Below, one piece after another: positions 9,745 to 21,759 of a stretch of 32,000 nucleotides of DNA. The stretch is from assembly GCF_003864975.1 (NCBI RefSeq), contig NZ_BHGL01000028.1:6211-38210 (forward strand), read 5' to 3'. A model generated the notes under the pieces. The model saw only the letters and a list, made by a program, of their open reading frames with translations, did no database searches and was not told where the DNA came from. The DNA comes from Sulfuriferula thiophila. Lineage in GTDB: Bacteria > Pseudomonadota > Gammaproteobacteria > Burkholderiales > Sulfuriferulaceae. The stretch's first letter is position 1. Each line of letters starts with the position of its first letter. The position numbers and the translations under genes are program-made.

Positions 9745-9797
9745 GAAAGCACTGATTTAATCAAACATGGATTGCATTTGATTAAATCAGTGCTTTC
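9745..9797. repeat. Perfect 21-bp inverted repeat in the ispB/rplU divergent intergenic region
   Basis: GAAAGCACTGATTTAATCAAA - CATGGATTGCA - TTTGATTAAATCAGTGCTTTC; arms 9745-9765 and 9777-9797, 11-nt spacer. Confidence 0.95.
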
Positions 9798-9809
9798 CTA
9801 AACTAAGGT

Positions 9810-9838
9810 TTGACGTTTGCTATTGATTTCTTTATAAT
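9810..9838 (+). promoter_or_regulatory. Sigma-70-type promoter of rplU-rpmA-obgE
   Basis: -35 TTGACG (9810-9815), 17-nt spacer, -10 TATAAT (9833-9838), just upstream of rplU. Confidence 0.8.
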
Positions 9839-9876
9839 TCCGCGCTTCCCTCTAGTTTAGAAGTTTGGAGCTCACC

Positions 9877-10188
9877 ATGTATGCGGTCATAAAAACCGGC
9901 GGCAAGCAGTATCGCGTTATCGCTGGCGAAAAAATTAAAGTAGAACAGATCACCGCGGACGTTGGCAGCGAAATTGTGTTGGACCAAGTGTTTATGGTTG
10001 CCGATGGCGACGATATCAAGGTCGGCGCACCGCTTGTTAACGGCGCAAAGGTCACAGCCACCGTCCTGTCTCACGGTCGTCACGACAAAGTTAAGATCTT
10101 TAAAATGCGTCGTCGCAAGCACTACCAAAAGCATCAAGGGCATCGTCAAAATTACACTGAAATCCAGATCAGCGGCATTTCAGCTTAA
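9877..10188 (+). CDS. rplU: 50S ribosomal protein L21
   Basis: [25 protein letters not shown]... canonical L21 N-terminus; track ORF shortened to this ATG. Confidence 0.98.
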   Translation: MYAVIKTGGKQYRVIAGEKIKVEQITADVGSEIVLDQVFMVADGDDIKVGAPLVNGAKVTATVLSHGRHDKVKIFKMRRRKHYQKHQGHRQNYTEIQISGISA

Positions 10189-10199
10189 GGAGATAAACC

Positions 10200-11641
<1,442 letters not shown>

Positions 11642-11646
11642 TCCCC

Positions 11647-12771
11647 ATGAAACCGGCCCTGCTCTCAGCGCAACGCATCGTCATCAAAGTAGGCAGCGCG
11701 ATTGTCACCAATGACGGTCGTGGCCTTGATCATACTGCACTGGCAAACTGGTCATCCCAGATAGCCCAGCTGATGGCACTGGGCAAGGAAGTCATTCTGG
11801 TCTCCAGCGGTGCTGTAGCCGAAGGCATGCAACGACTGGGCTGGACGCAACGCCCAAGCAGTATCCATGAGCTGCAAGCCGCCGCCGCAGTTGGCCAGAT
11901 GGGTCTGGTACAGGCCTATGAAACCAGCTTCCGCCAGCATCAAATCCATACCGCACAAGTCCTGCTCACCCACGAAGATCTGGCTGACCGCACCCGTTAC
12001 CTGAATGCGTTATCAACACTGCGCACATTATTGAAGCTGAAAGTCGTACCCATCATCAACGAGAACGACACCGTGGTGACTGACGAGATCCGTTTTGGTG
12101 ATAACGACACGCTGGGTGCGCTGGTCGCCAACCTGATTGAAGCAGATGCGCTGGTCATACTCACTGATCAGGCCGGTTTATATACTGCTGACCCACGCCA
12201 GCATCCAGAAGCAACACTGGTAAGCCAGGCGCAAGCGGGCGATCTCACACTGGAAAAAATGGCAGGTGGAGCGGGTAGCGGCATCAGTCGTGGCGGCATG
12301 CTCACCAAGATACTCGCTGCCAAGCGCGCTGCACGCAGCGGTGCACACACCATTATCGCCTCAGGACGCGAAGCCAATGTGCTGGTGCGACTGGCCCAAG
12401 GCGAAGCCATAGGCACGCAGCTCATCGCCGCCAACACACCATTATCCGCACGCAAAACCTGGCTGGCAGACCATCTGCAAGTGCGCGGCAAGCTGATCGT
12501 TGATGCGGGTGCCGCTAAAGCGCTCAGCATTGACGGCAAAAGCCTGTTACCAATAGGGGTGATTGCAGTTGAGGGGGATTTTGCCCGGGGTGAGGTTGTC
12601 GCCTGCGTCACCGCTGATGGCGCACTCATTGCCCGCGGCCTGGTGAATTATGCCGCCAATGAAGCACGGCGTATCACAGGTTTGCCTACTGGTCAGATTG
12701 AAGCTGCATTGGGTTATATTGATGAAGCGGAATTAATCCATCGGGATAATCTGGTGGCTTTATCTTCCTGA
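11647..12771 (+). CDS. proB: Glutamate 5-kinase
   Basis: [19 protein letters not shown]...[18 protein letters not shown]; C-terminal PUA-like region; follows obgE. Confidence 0.97.
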   Translation: MKPALLSAQRIVIKVGSAIVTNDGRGLDHTALANWSSQIAQLMALGKEVILVSSGAVAEGMQRLGWTQRPSSIHELQAAAAVGQMGLVQAYETSFRQHQIHTAQVLLTHEDLADRTRYLNALSTLRTLLKLKVVPIINENDTVVTDEIRFGDNDTLGALVANLIEADALVILTDQAGLYTADPRQHPEATLVSQAQAGDLTLEKMAGGAGSGISRGGMLTKILAAKRAARSGAHTIIASGREANVLVRLAQGEAIGTQLIAANTPLSARKTWLADHLQVRGKLIVDAGAAKALSIDGKSLLPIGVIAVEGDFARGEVVACVTADGALIARGLVNYAANEARRITGLPTGQIEAALGYIDEAELIHRDNLVALSS

Positions 12772-12788
12772 TTCAGCCGGTATAACGC

Positions 12789-13439
12789 TCAGTTCCCTGC
12801 AATTTTCACACTGCCCGTTTGTTGTACTGTCTGCACACCCGGAGTATATGACCAGTGGCGTTTCCACGCCCCCACTACCATGGTAGGGTATTCCGGCTTG
12901 CCCAGGCTGCCGTTATAACGGCCTAATGCACGATACAGATCGCCCTTTTCTATATCCAGATACAAGCGCAGAATATTGCAGCCATAACGCAGATTAGTAC
13001 GCAGGTGGAATAAATCCTGATCCGGTGTACCAATAGTCTTGGTCCAGAACGGCATTACCTGCATATAGCCGCGCGCAGCCACACTGGAAACCGCATACTT
13101 CTTGAAACCCGACTCGACCTCAATCAGACCCAACACCAATTCCGGATCAAGACCAGCACGTGTCGCCTCATAATGCACTGTATTGAGAAAATCAATACGC
13201 TGCTCCGGGTCGGGCATGCGTTTGGCAAGACGTCTGGACATCTCTGACAACCATGCCTGACCTTCTGCATTGTTCATGTAGCTGACATTCGTCACCGGCG
13301 CATCTGAAACCGCTTTGCTCAACGCCGCGCGCACACTCGCCGCCATCGGCTCATAGAGCTGATGGCCTGCATGCGCGCTGGTGGCCACAGCGCATAACGC
13401 CATTAGCAGCCACCCTGATCTGAGAAAGTGTAGAGTCAT
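12789..13439 (-). CDS. Lytic transglycosylase (SLT family) with signal peptide
   Basis: Signal peptide, then [31 protein letters not shown]...[13 protein letters not shown]...[15 protein letters not shown], typical SLT motifs. Confidence 0.93.
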   Translation of the reverse strand: MTLHFLRSGWLLMALCAVATSAHAGHQLYEPMAASVRAALSKAVSDAPVTNVSYMNNAEGQAWLSEMSRRLAKRMPDPEQRIDFLNTVHYEATRAGLDPELVLGLIEVESGFKKYAVSSVAARGYMQVMPFWTKTIGTPDQDLFHLRTNLRYGCNILRLYLDIEKGDLYRALGRYNGSLGKPEYPTMVVGAWKRHWSYTPGVQTVQQTGSVKIAGN

Positions 13440-15136
13440 TTACCTAATATCTTGCTTAAAAAAACGTTAATTTCAGCAACAGGCACATTCGTCGCTGCAG
13501 CGTCAGTGCGACCCTGATATTCGACTATAGCATCTTTTAAACCGCGTTCGCCAATCACCACCCGATGCGGTATACCGATCAACTCCATATCGGCGAACAT
13601 CACCCCAGGGCGTTCATTCCGGTCATCCAGCAACACATCCACCCCTGCGGCTAACAGTTCATTGTATAGGTTATCGGCAGCTTCGCGCACAACTTCACTC
13701 TTCTGGTAGCCAACAGGCACAATAGCCACCGCAAAAGGCGCCAGCGCCGCAGGCAAGGTCATGCCGCGCGCATCAAAATTCTGTTCAATCGCAGCCGCGA
13801 CAATGCGTGACACACCGATACCATAACAACCCATCTCTGCGACCTGAGATTTGCCATTTTCGTCCAGATACTGACACGCCATCGCTTCCGAGTACTTGGT
13901 ACGCAACTGGAAGATATGGCCAACTTCGATACCACGGCAGATCGCCAGCACACCCTTGCCATCCGGGCTCGGATCACCCGCTACCGCATTACGGATATCC
14001 GCCACTTCAGGCTCTGGCAAATCACGACCGAAATTCACTCCGGTCAAATGATAACCATCGGCATTCGCACCGCAGACAAAATCATTCATCAAGGCCACAC
14101 TGCGGTCTGCAATCACCCGTATTTTCAGCCCCACCGGACCAATCGACCCTGGCGCGCAACCCGCCACCTCACGCACGATGATGTCACTGGCAAAACGCAC
14201 TTCCTGACCTATCAATTTAGCCGCTTTGACCTCATTCAGCTGATGATCACCGCGCACCAGCAATGCAACCGCACCATGCTCACCTTCCACAATCAAGGTT
14301 TTGACCATGCGATCGGGAGAAATATTCAACATAGCCACCACTTCATCGATACTGTGTTTGCCCGGTGTAGGCACCTGAGTCATCACCGCACTCGCCGCCG
14401 CTCGTGGCGTATCCGCCATCACCGCTTCAGCCAGCTCCACGTTGGCGGCATATTCGGAATCAGGGCAATACGCAATCGCGTCTTCACCGGAATCCGCCAG
14501 CACATGGAACTCATGCGATCCTGAACCGCCAATCGCACCGGTGTCTGCTGCCACGGCACGGAACTGCAAGCCCAGTCGAGTAAACACACGACTGTAAGCC
14601 GCATACATGGTCTGATACGTCTGCTCCAGACTGGCGAAATCAGCGTGGAAGGAATATGCATCCTTCATCATGAATTCACGGGCACGCATTACGCCGAAAC
14701 GCGGACGGATCTCGTCGCGGAATTTGGTCTGTATCTGATAGAAATTCAGCGGCAGCTGGCGGTAACTCTTGATTTCGCGGCGTGCGATATCGGTGATTAC
14801 TTCTTCATGGGTAGGCCCAAAGCAGAAACTACGCTCATGACGATCAGTGATTTTCAACATTTGCGGGCCGAATACATCCCAGCGCCCGGTTTCCTGCCAC
14901 AACTCGGCTGGCTGCACGGCAGGCATCAGCAATTCCATTGCTCCGGCACGATTCATCTCATCACGCACGATCGCTTCCACCTTGCGCAATACCCGCAAGC
15001 CTAAAGGCATCCAGGTATATAAGCCAGAGCCAAGACGCTTAATAAAACCAGCCCGCAACATGAGACGATGACTGATTAATTCGGCCTCTGCAGGCGCCTC
15101 TTTAAGGGTAGAAAGAAAAAATTGTGATACGCGCAT
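13436..15136 (-). CDS. proS: Prolyl-tRNA synthetase
   Basis: 566 aa with [54 protein letters not shown]; class II motifs and editing insertion. Confidence 0.98.
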   Translation of the reverse strand: MRVSQFFLSTLKEAPAEAELISHRLMLRAGFIKRLGSGLYTWMPLGLRVLRKVEAIVRDEMNRAGAMELLMPAVQPAELWQETGRWDVFGPQMLKITDRHERSFCFGPTHEEVITDIARREIKSYRQLPLNFYQIQTKFRDEIRPRFGVMRAREFMMKDAYSFHADFASLEQTYQTMYAAYSRVFTRLGLQFRAVAADTGAIGGSGSHEFHVLADSGEDAIAYCPDSEYAANVELAEAVMADTPRAAASAVMTQVPTPGKHSIDEVVAMLNISPDRMVKTLIVEGEHGAVALLVRGDHQLNEVKAAKLIGQEVRFASDIIVREVAGCAPGSIGPVGLKIRVIADRSVALMNDFVCGANADGYHLTGVNFGRDLPEPEVADIRNAVAGDPSPDGKGVLAICRGIEVGHIFQLRTKYSEAMACQYLDENGKSQVAEMGCYGIGVSRIVAAAIEQNFDARGMTLPAALAPFAVAIVPVGYQKSEVVREAADNLYNELLAAGVDVLLDDRNERPGVMFADMELIGIPHRVVIGERGLKDAIVEYQGRTDAAATNVPVAEINVFLSKILGK

Positions 15137-15225
15137 GGTATAAACTATCCAGTTATTCGTAAAATAGCTAATTTTAACCCAGAAACCGCGATTAAACTTG
15201 GCGGATTCAACATGAAAGCACCCTG

Positions 15226-16002
15226 ATGCGATTTTTCAACCGCCGCATACATAAAGCCGTTTCTGATCTGGACACCGTAGAAGTCAGTGAACAAAAAGGC
15301 GTCCGCTACCTGCACCTTGGCAACGATACCGTCCAGTCAGCCATGCGCATTTCCGCACCCAATGCGCTGGAGCTTACTTATACCCAGGCCATGCTGGGAT
15401 TCCTGTTGCTGACCGACACACCCGCCAATGCCCTGCTGATCGGGCTGGGTGGCGGCTCGCTGACCAAATTTCTGTATCACCAGTATCCAGACATGCAACT
15501 CACCGCTGTCGAGATCAATCCTAAGGTTATCCAGACCGCACGCCAGTTTTTTTCCGTCCCGGAAAATGACGAACGCTTATCCGTAGTGCAAGCCGATGCC
15601 GCCGAATTCATGGTCGATCAGGCAGGCTGGGATTGCATTTTGCTCGATGGTTTTGATGCCGCATTTCAGGTTGAGGCGCTCGCCAGCGAGAGTTTCTATA
15701 GCCGCTGCGCGCAGGCACTTTCCCCCACTGGGATCCTGTCTGTCAATTTATGGGGCAGCGATCCTAAATTCGATATCTACCTGCAACGCCTCACCGAAAC
15801 GTTTGAGCAGCGCATCATGTGCTTACCGGCCGAAAAACGCGGCAACGTCATTGTCTTCGCTTTTGCCGCGCAACCAAGCATTCCATCCAGGGCCATCCTG
15901 CAACAGCGTGCCAAACAGCTCAAAGCCCAGTTAGGTTTGCCTTTTGTGGACTTTCTTGAACGCCTGCGGACCACTTCCGGCAATACTGACTTCTTCGACT
16001 AG
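15226..16002 (+). CDS. Spermidine-synthase-like methyltransferase-fold protein
   Basis: [41 protein letters not shown]...[10 protein letters not shown]: SpeE-like Rossmann fold. Confidence 0.8.
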   Translation: MRFFNRRIHKAVSDLDTVEVSEQKGVRYLHLGNDTVQSAMRISAPNALELTYTQAMLGFLLLTDTPANALLIGLGGGSLTKFLYHQYPDMQLTAVEINPKVIQTARQFFSVPENDERLSVVQADAAEFMVDQAGWDCILLDGFDAAFQVEALASESFYSRCAQALSPTGILSVNLWGSDPKFDIYLQRLTETFEQRIMCLPAEKRGNVIVFAFAAQPSIPSRAILQQRAKQLKAQLGLPFVDFLERLRTTSGNTDFFD

Positions 16003-16080
16003 ACACTTATGCAGCAAAACTCCAACAATACTGCGCCAAATTCTGCTATATTCGCGCGATAATAAATTACAGGAGGTAAC

Positions 16081-16476
16081 ATGGAAGATTTATTCTCTGA
16101 AGCTTGGGCTAAGCGTTTCACAAACAAATGGAACAACAATACCGAGATAGTGGAACAATTAGCCGCAGCGAATTTCGACTCAGTCGTGGCCTTTGGGTAC
16201 CTGGATCACCCAACACCCGAAGTACTGATAGAAATCACTCAGGGCCGTATTACCAATACCCGACGTTGTGAATCTGACAACAGTCAGACACCCGATTGGG
16301 ACTTGCGTGCGAAACCAGAGCAATGGGAAAAGTGGCGTGGCAATGGTCCTGGCATTACCGGCCTGGGTGTAGCCGTAACCAGTCGCCAACTGCAATTTGT
16401 TGCCGGAGATTATCGCCGGATGATACGCCAGCCCTTGCTGGCAGGGCCTTTTCTCAAGTTTTTTACTTTCCTGTAA
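16081..16476 (+). CDS. Small SCP2 (sterol carrier protein)-like protein
   Basis: 131 aa, strong SD (AGGAGG). Resembles single-domain SCP2-like proteins (WDLRAKPEQWEKW...GITGLGVAVTSRQLQFVAGDYRRMIRQPLLAGPFLKFF). Confidence 0.6.
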   Translation: MEDLFSEAWAKRFTNKWNNNTEIVEQLAAANFDSVVAFGYLDHPTPEVLIEITQGRITNTRRCESDNSQTPDWDLRAKPEQWEKWRGNGPGITGLGVAVTSRQLQFVAGDYRRMIRQPLLAGPFLKFFTFL

Positions 16477-16982
16477 TTCTGCACATTAAATACAGGAATT
16501 TGGTTAAACAAAGCTACTCATGTTCAATATTTGAAGAATGTGCATTCCGACTTGTGACCATTTTCAAAATTATTTTCTTTGAAATTTGATAAATAGCGTT
16601 TTCTTGGAACTATAGTGCCTCTCCATAGCTGTTTATCTTGGAAAAATGAAAATGGCAACAACTCAGACACAAAAAATCAACCATTGACGATCTTTACTGT
16701 GACATTTTGCACCTAAACAAAATACATTGTCCTCCGACTCGCCGCCCCGTTCTGCAAATTTGCATTACGTCAGACTGAATTCGACCCCATTTCCCCATCG
16801 ACATCATATTTGTGGACAGTTTTCGCAAAGCATTCAGATTGCCGAGCAATGCTAACGCTTAATTCACCTTTCACCACTTAAAAACACAAGACAGTTAACT
16901 AGAAATTTGCTGTGATGGTCATTCCTATACGAATTATCAATTACGCACCTCAATATACACGGCATTCATCAAATATCTGTTG

Positions 16983-17000
16983 TTGTCATTTCCGTGTAAT
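16983..17000 (+). promoter_or_regulatory. Candidate Pho box upstream of ptxA
   Basis: TTGTCAT-TTCC-GTGTAAT compared with CTGTCAT-N4-CTGTCAT (6/7 and 5/7 matches). A -10-like TACTAT (17011-17016) starts 10 nt downstream, with overlapping TATAAC (17014-17019). Confidence 0.5.
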
Positions 17001-17079
17001 AAACCTCAGTTACTATAACCCATCAATTTAATTTTGTAATCGAAGAGCAACCTTGATCACAAACAGTAAGGATGAGGCC

Positions 17080-17868
17080 ATGATTAAACTTAATAATGTT
17101 TCAGTGCAGTTCGGCAATGTTGTTGCGCTACAACCTACGTCCATCGAATTGCATCAAGGACAATTTACCGTCTTACTGGGGGCATCCGGTGCAGGTAAAT
17201 CAACTTTGCTACGCTGCCTTAATTTGATGTGTAAACCCCATGCTGGCAACGTTAATGTCGCAGGTCTTGGCAATCTTGATGACCGAAAGACCTTGCAGAC
17301 CCACCGTCGTCAAACTGGCATGATATTCCAGCAACACCAATTGATCGGTCGTCACACAGCGCTCCAAAACGTGCTGATGGGACGCTTAGGTTATCACTCA
17401 ACGTTCCGTAGCCTGTTTCCGTTGTCTCATAAAGAGCAAACCATTGGGCTACAAAGTTTGGAACGGGTTGGTTTGCTGCATAAAGCGCAATCACGCATTG
17501 ATCAACTGAGCGGTGGTCAACAGCAGCGTGTCGGCATTGCACGAGCCCTGGCGCAACAGCCACTTTTGATCTTAGCCGATGAACCTGTTGCAAGTCTCGA
17601 TCCTGCAACCGCTGATAAAGTTTTGGCGTTGTTACATCAGATTTGTAAGGAAGACGGCATATCTGCCGTCATCAGTCTGCATCAGGTTGATCTTGCTAAA
17701 CGCTATGCAGATCGAATTATTGGCTTAGCTCACGGCAGTATCGTGTTTGATGCGGCACCGCATGAATTGACCACGACTCATGCGGCTGAACTGTACGAAC
17801 AAAAAAAATCAATTGTTACGTCACATGCTGTACCAACCAGACTCAACGTTCAACTTACTTCCGCTTAA
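17080..17868 (+). CDS. ptxA: Phosphite/phosphonate ABC transporter ATP-binding protein
   Basis: Walker [11 protein letters not shown], signature [15 protein letters not shown], Walker B LLILADEP; PhnC/PtxA-like; first gene of the ptx cluster. Start placed at ATG 17080 behind AAGGATGAGG. Confidence 0.9.
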   Translation: MIKLNNVSVQFGNVVALQPTSIELHQGQFTVLLGASGAGKSTLLRCLNLMCKPHAGNVNVAGLGNLDDRKTLQTHRRQTGMIFQQHQLIGRHTALQNVLMGRLGYHSTFRSLFPLSHKEQTIGLQSLERVGLLHKAQSRIDQLSGGQQQRVGIARALAQQPLLILADEPVASLDPATADKVLALLHQICKEDGISAVISLHQVDLAKRYADRIIGLAHGSIVFDAAPHELTTTHAAELYEQKKSIVTSHAVPTRLNVQLTSA

Positions 17869-17875
17869 TCTTTAA

Positions 17876-18754
<879 letters not shown>

Positions 18755-18772
18755 CTATTGGGGTACATATCC

Positions 18773-19570
18773 ATGCAAGCTGATTTTGATTTGATATTAA
18801 CACAGCAACAACGCACTTGGAACCGATCAACAATACAGATTGCGTGGGTATTAGCGATTATCATTGGCTCTTGGTACTACGTGGGCTTATTTGATACAGA
18901 GCGTTTGAGCGAGGGTGTACCGAGTTTGTTCAGTCTGATTGGAGAAATGATGCCACCAGATTTTACTCAGGTCAGCACCTGGGTAAAACCACTGATCGAC
19001 ACTTTGGCCATGAGTATTGCAGGGACAGCTATTGCGGTGTTGTTTTCGATTCCTTTAGGTATTTTAGCAGCCCGTAATACTAGCCCACATCCAGTTATTT
19101 ATCATATGGCGCGTTCGTTGTTGAATGGCTTACGCTCGATTCCCGAACTTATCATGGGGATTATATTTGTGGCAGCAGTTGGTTTTGGAGCTCTGCCTGG
19201 TGTATTGGCATTGGGTTTACATTCCATCGGCATGGTTGCCAAATTTTTTTCCGAAGCGATTGAACACGCCGATCAAGCGCCAGTAGAAGCTGCGCGAGCA
19301 GCTGGTTGCAGCCCGTTGCAAGTAATTTTTCACGGCATTTTCCCGCAGGTGTTGCCGCAAATGGCAGATACGGCTATTTATCGTTGGGAATATAACTTTC
19401 GCGCATCAACAGTGATGGGTATGGTCGGTGCAGGCGGTATCGGATTTGAATTGATGGGTTCTTTGCGCATCATGCAATATCAAGAAGTATCGGCGATTTT
19501 AATCGTTATATTAGCCATGGTTACGCTGGTTGATGCATTCAGCTCCTTTTTAAGACGAAAATTCAAGTAA
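18773..19570 (+). CDS. ptxC: Phosphite/phosphonate ABC transporter permease
   Basis: PhnE/PtxC-like, with permease motif [33 protein letters not shown]. Track uses TTG at 18758; ATG at 18773 is the likelier start. Confidence 0.88.
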   Translation: MQADFDLILTQQQRTWNRSTIQIAWVLAIIIGSWYYVGLFDTERLSEGVPSLFSLIGEMMPPDFTQVSTWVKPLIDTLAMSIAGTAIAVLFSIPLGILAARNTSPHPVIYHMARSLLNGLRSIPELIMGIIFVAAVGFGALPGVLALGLHSIGMVAKFFSEAIEHADQAPVEAARAAGCSPLQVIFHGIFPQVLPQMADTAIYRWEYNFRASTVMGMVGAGGIGFELMGSLRIMQYQEVSAILIVILAMVTLVDAFSSFLRRKFK

Positions 19571-19602
19571 TCGACATAATAACCAATAGCATTGGAAAAT
19601 AT

Positions 19603-20607
19603 ATGAAACCAAAAATTGTACTTACTCATTGGGTCCACCCCGAAATCATCGACTATCTGCAAACCACCGCAACTGTTATACCAAATACTACGCGCGAGAC
19701 ACTTCCGCGCGAAGAATTACTGTTGCGCTCCAAGGATGCTGACGCGCTGATGGTGTTCATGCCTGACAGAATTGATGCCGATTTTCTTGATGCTTGCCCA
19801 CAACTAAAAATTATTGGTGCTGCGCTCAAGGGTTATGATAATTTAGACGTCGAAGCATGTACCCAACGTGGAATATGGCTCAGCATCGTACCTGATTTAC
19901 TTACTATCCCAACTGCGGAATTGACGATTGGCTTGTTGTTGGGTTTGACAAGACATATGCTGGAGGGTGATCGTCACATCCGTAGTGGCAGTTTCCATGG
20001 TTGGCGTCCAGAATTGTACGGCATCGGGCTGACAGGTCGTACAATTGGCATTATCGGTATGGGTGCAGTGGGGCAAGCGATTGCAAAACGGCTGTCGGGT
20101 TTTGATATGAAAATAGTTTACAGTGACAACATCGCATTGCCTGTTAATCAGGAACAAGCATGGAATGCTCGTCACGTAAGTCTGGAAGAGCTGTTGGCTA
20201 TTAGCAACTTTGTAGTACCGATGGTACCAATGACACCACAAACGCTACACTTAATTAACGCCGATGCCATCGATAAAATGCAGCCTGGCAGCTATCTCAT
20301 TAATGCCTGCCGTGGTTCGGTGGTTGATGAGCAAGCTGTCATAAATGCATTGCACACAGGGCAACTAAACGGTTATGCAGCCGATGTATTCGAGATGGAG
20401 GAATGGTCTCGATCTGGCAGACCAGGCAGTATTCCGAGTGCCTTACTTGACAATACCAAGCAGACTTTTTTCACGCCTCACATAGGCTCGGCGGTCAACG
20501 AGGTACGAATAGAGATCGAGCGGCAAGCGGCGGAAAATATCATCCAGGCACTGGCAGGAGAAAAACCCGTTGGTGCAATCAACAGCCCTGCATTTTCGAG
20601 GGTATAA
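19603..20607 (+). CDS. ptxD: NAD-dependent phosphite (phosphonate) dehydrogenase
   Basis: 334-aa D-2-hydroxyacid dehydrogenase-family protein. PtxD-specific stretches [87 protein letters not shown]; active-site equivalents K76, R237, E266 and H293 present. Confidence 0.95.
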   Translation: MKPKIVLTHWVHPEIIDYLQTTATVIPNTTRETLPREELLLRSKDADALMVFMPDRIDADFLDACPQLKIIGAALKGYDNLDVEACTQRGIWLSIVPDLLTIPTAELTIGLLLGLTRHMLEGDRHIRSGSFHGWRPELYGIGLTGRTIGIIGMGAVGQAIAKRLSGFDMKIVYSDNIALPVNQEQAWNARHVSLEELLAISNFVVPMVPMTPQTLHLINADAIDKMQPGSYLINACRGSVVDEQAVINALHTGQLNGYAADVFEMEEWSRSGRPGSIPSALLDNTKQTFFTPHIGSAVNEVRIEIERQAAENIIQALAGEKPVGAINSPAFSRV

Positions 20608-20612
20608 GCCTC

Positions 20613-21485
20613 ATGATTAATTTGGAACGCGTTGCAACTTTTCTTGAGGTAGCGGCATGCGGCAGCTTTCGTGGTGCGGCCAAAAATACAGGCTTATCTC
20701 AACCAGCAGTAACACAGCATGTGAAATGGCTTGAACAGTCGTTAAATGTTAATTTAATAGCACGTAACAATGCGGGAAGCACATTAACACCAGAAGGCCG
20801 AGCATTCCTGCCGTATGCCGAAAATCTAGTAAAAATAAGCAATCGTGCAAGCTCTTTATTTAAAAAAAACTCAGTTGTTATTGGAGCAAGTTCAAATACC
20901 GGAATTTATCTGTTACAGCCGTATTTGAAAGCTTATAAGGATGCATCGCCACATAATCTGAAAGTGACTATTGGGATCAATACTGTCATCGCCGATAAGC
21001 TTCAAAACTTTGAAATCGATGTCGCTATCATGGAATGGTGGGATAATAGACCAGGATTTATCGCTACAGACTGGCGCCATGAAGAAATGGTTGTGATCGT
21101 GCCCCCACACCATCCCTGGGCTAATATGAGCAGCATTCCGCGTGACTGGTTAAAGGGTCAGGATTTACTGGGAGGGGAAACTGGTAGCGGAACGGGACAC
21201 TTGCTACAACACTATTTTGGCAATGATGCGAGTACGATAAGTGTATCGATGCAGCTGGGTAGTACTGAAGCAGTAAAACATGCCGTTCAAGCCGGGCTCG
21301 GCATTTCCCTAGTTATGGCAGCAGCTGTAATCAATGAGGTTCGCAGCGGGTTATTGTATGCAATACCGATTGCAGGAGATCCACTACAAAAAACTCTTCA
21401 TATCATTCGTAGAGATAGTGGCATACTTGATTCGCCAGCCTTGCAATTCACTGATTTTCTGCTCAAACAGTCCTCATTGAAATAG
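20613..21485 (+). CDS. ptxE: LysR-family transcriptional regulator of phosphite oxidation
   Basis: LysR HTH MINLERVATFLEVAACGSFRGAAKNTGLSQPAVTQHVKWLEQSL; 5 bp downstream of ptxD, matching ptxABCDE order. Confidence 0.88.
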   Translation: MINLERVATFLEVAACGSFRGAAKNTGLSQPAVTQHVKWLEQSLNVNLIARNNAGSTLTPEGRAFLPYAENLVKISNRASSLFKKNSVVIGASSNTGIYLLQPYLKAYKDASPHNLKVTIGINTVIADKLQNFEIDVAIMEWWDNRPGFIATDWRHEEMVVIVPPHHPWANMSSIPRDWLKGQDLLGGETGSGTGHLLQHYFGNDASTISVSMQLGSTEAVKHAVQAGLGISLVMAAAVINEVRSGLLYAIPIAGDPLQKTLHIIRRDSGILDSPALQFTDFLLKQSSLK

Positions 21486-21624
21486 CGATAACAAGGCAGA
21501 TTTAAAGACAAGATTTGCTAGTAGCGCATCGTCCAGGTTAGCTATTCACAGAGTTTTTTGGCGACAACAGCGTACAACTGTAAACGAAATTAACGGGTAA
21601 CTCTTGGATGGGTAACAAACATAC

Positions 21625-21678
21625 GGGCTGACCTTTAGTGGTTATACCTGGCACAGGATATAGCCACTAGGCCAGCCC
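21625..21678 (+). terminator. Long imperfect hairpin with T-rich tail at the end of the ptx cluster
   Basis: GGGCTGACCTTTAGTGGTTATACCTG-GCA-CAGGATATAGCCACTAGGCCAGCCC followed by ATTTCTTTTT. Nearly continuous pairing apart from a TT bulge, one A bulge and an A/C mismatch. Confidence 0.7.
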
Positions 21679-21759
21679 ATTTCTTTTTAATTCAGTGTTA
21701 TCGCTTAAACAACAAGTGCTATTCAACTCTATCGCGATAGTTTTGCACTGAACTCGAAA

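Noticed and set aside
12789-15136. proS plus lytic transglycosylase overlap as an unusual fusion or toxin system
   Set aside because: The 4-bp overlap is ordinary translational coupling geometry and both proteins are complete, standard family members.
16477-17079. Hidden transposase or integrase remnant next to the ptx cluster
   Set aside because: No supported ORF or terminal inverted repeats could be recognised; only AT-rich non-coding DNA is visible.
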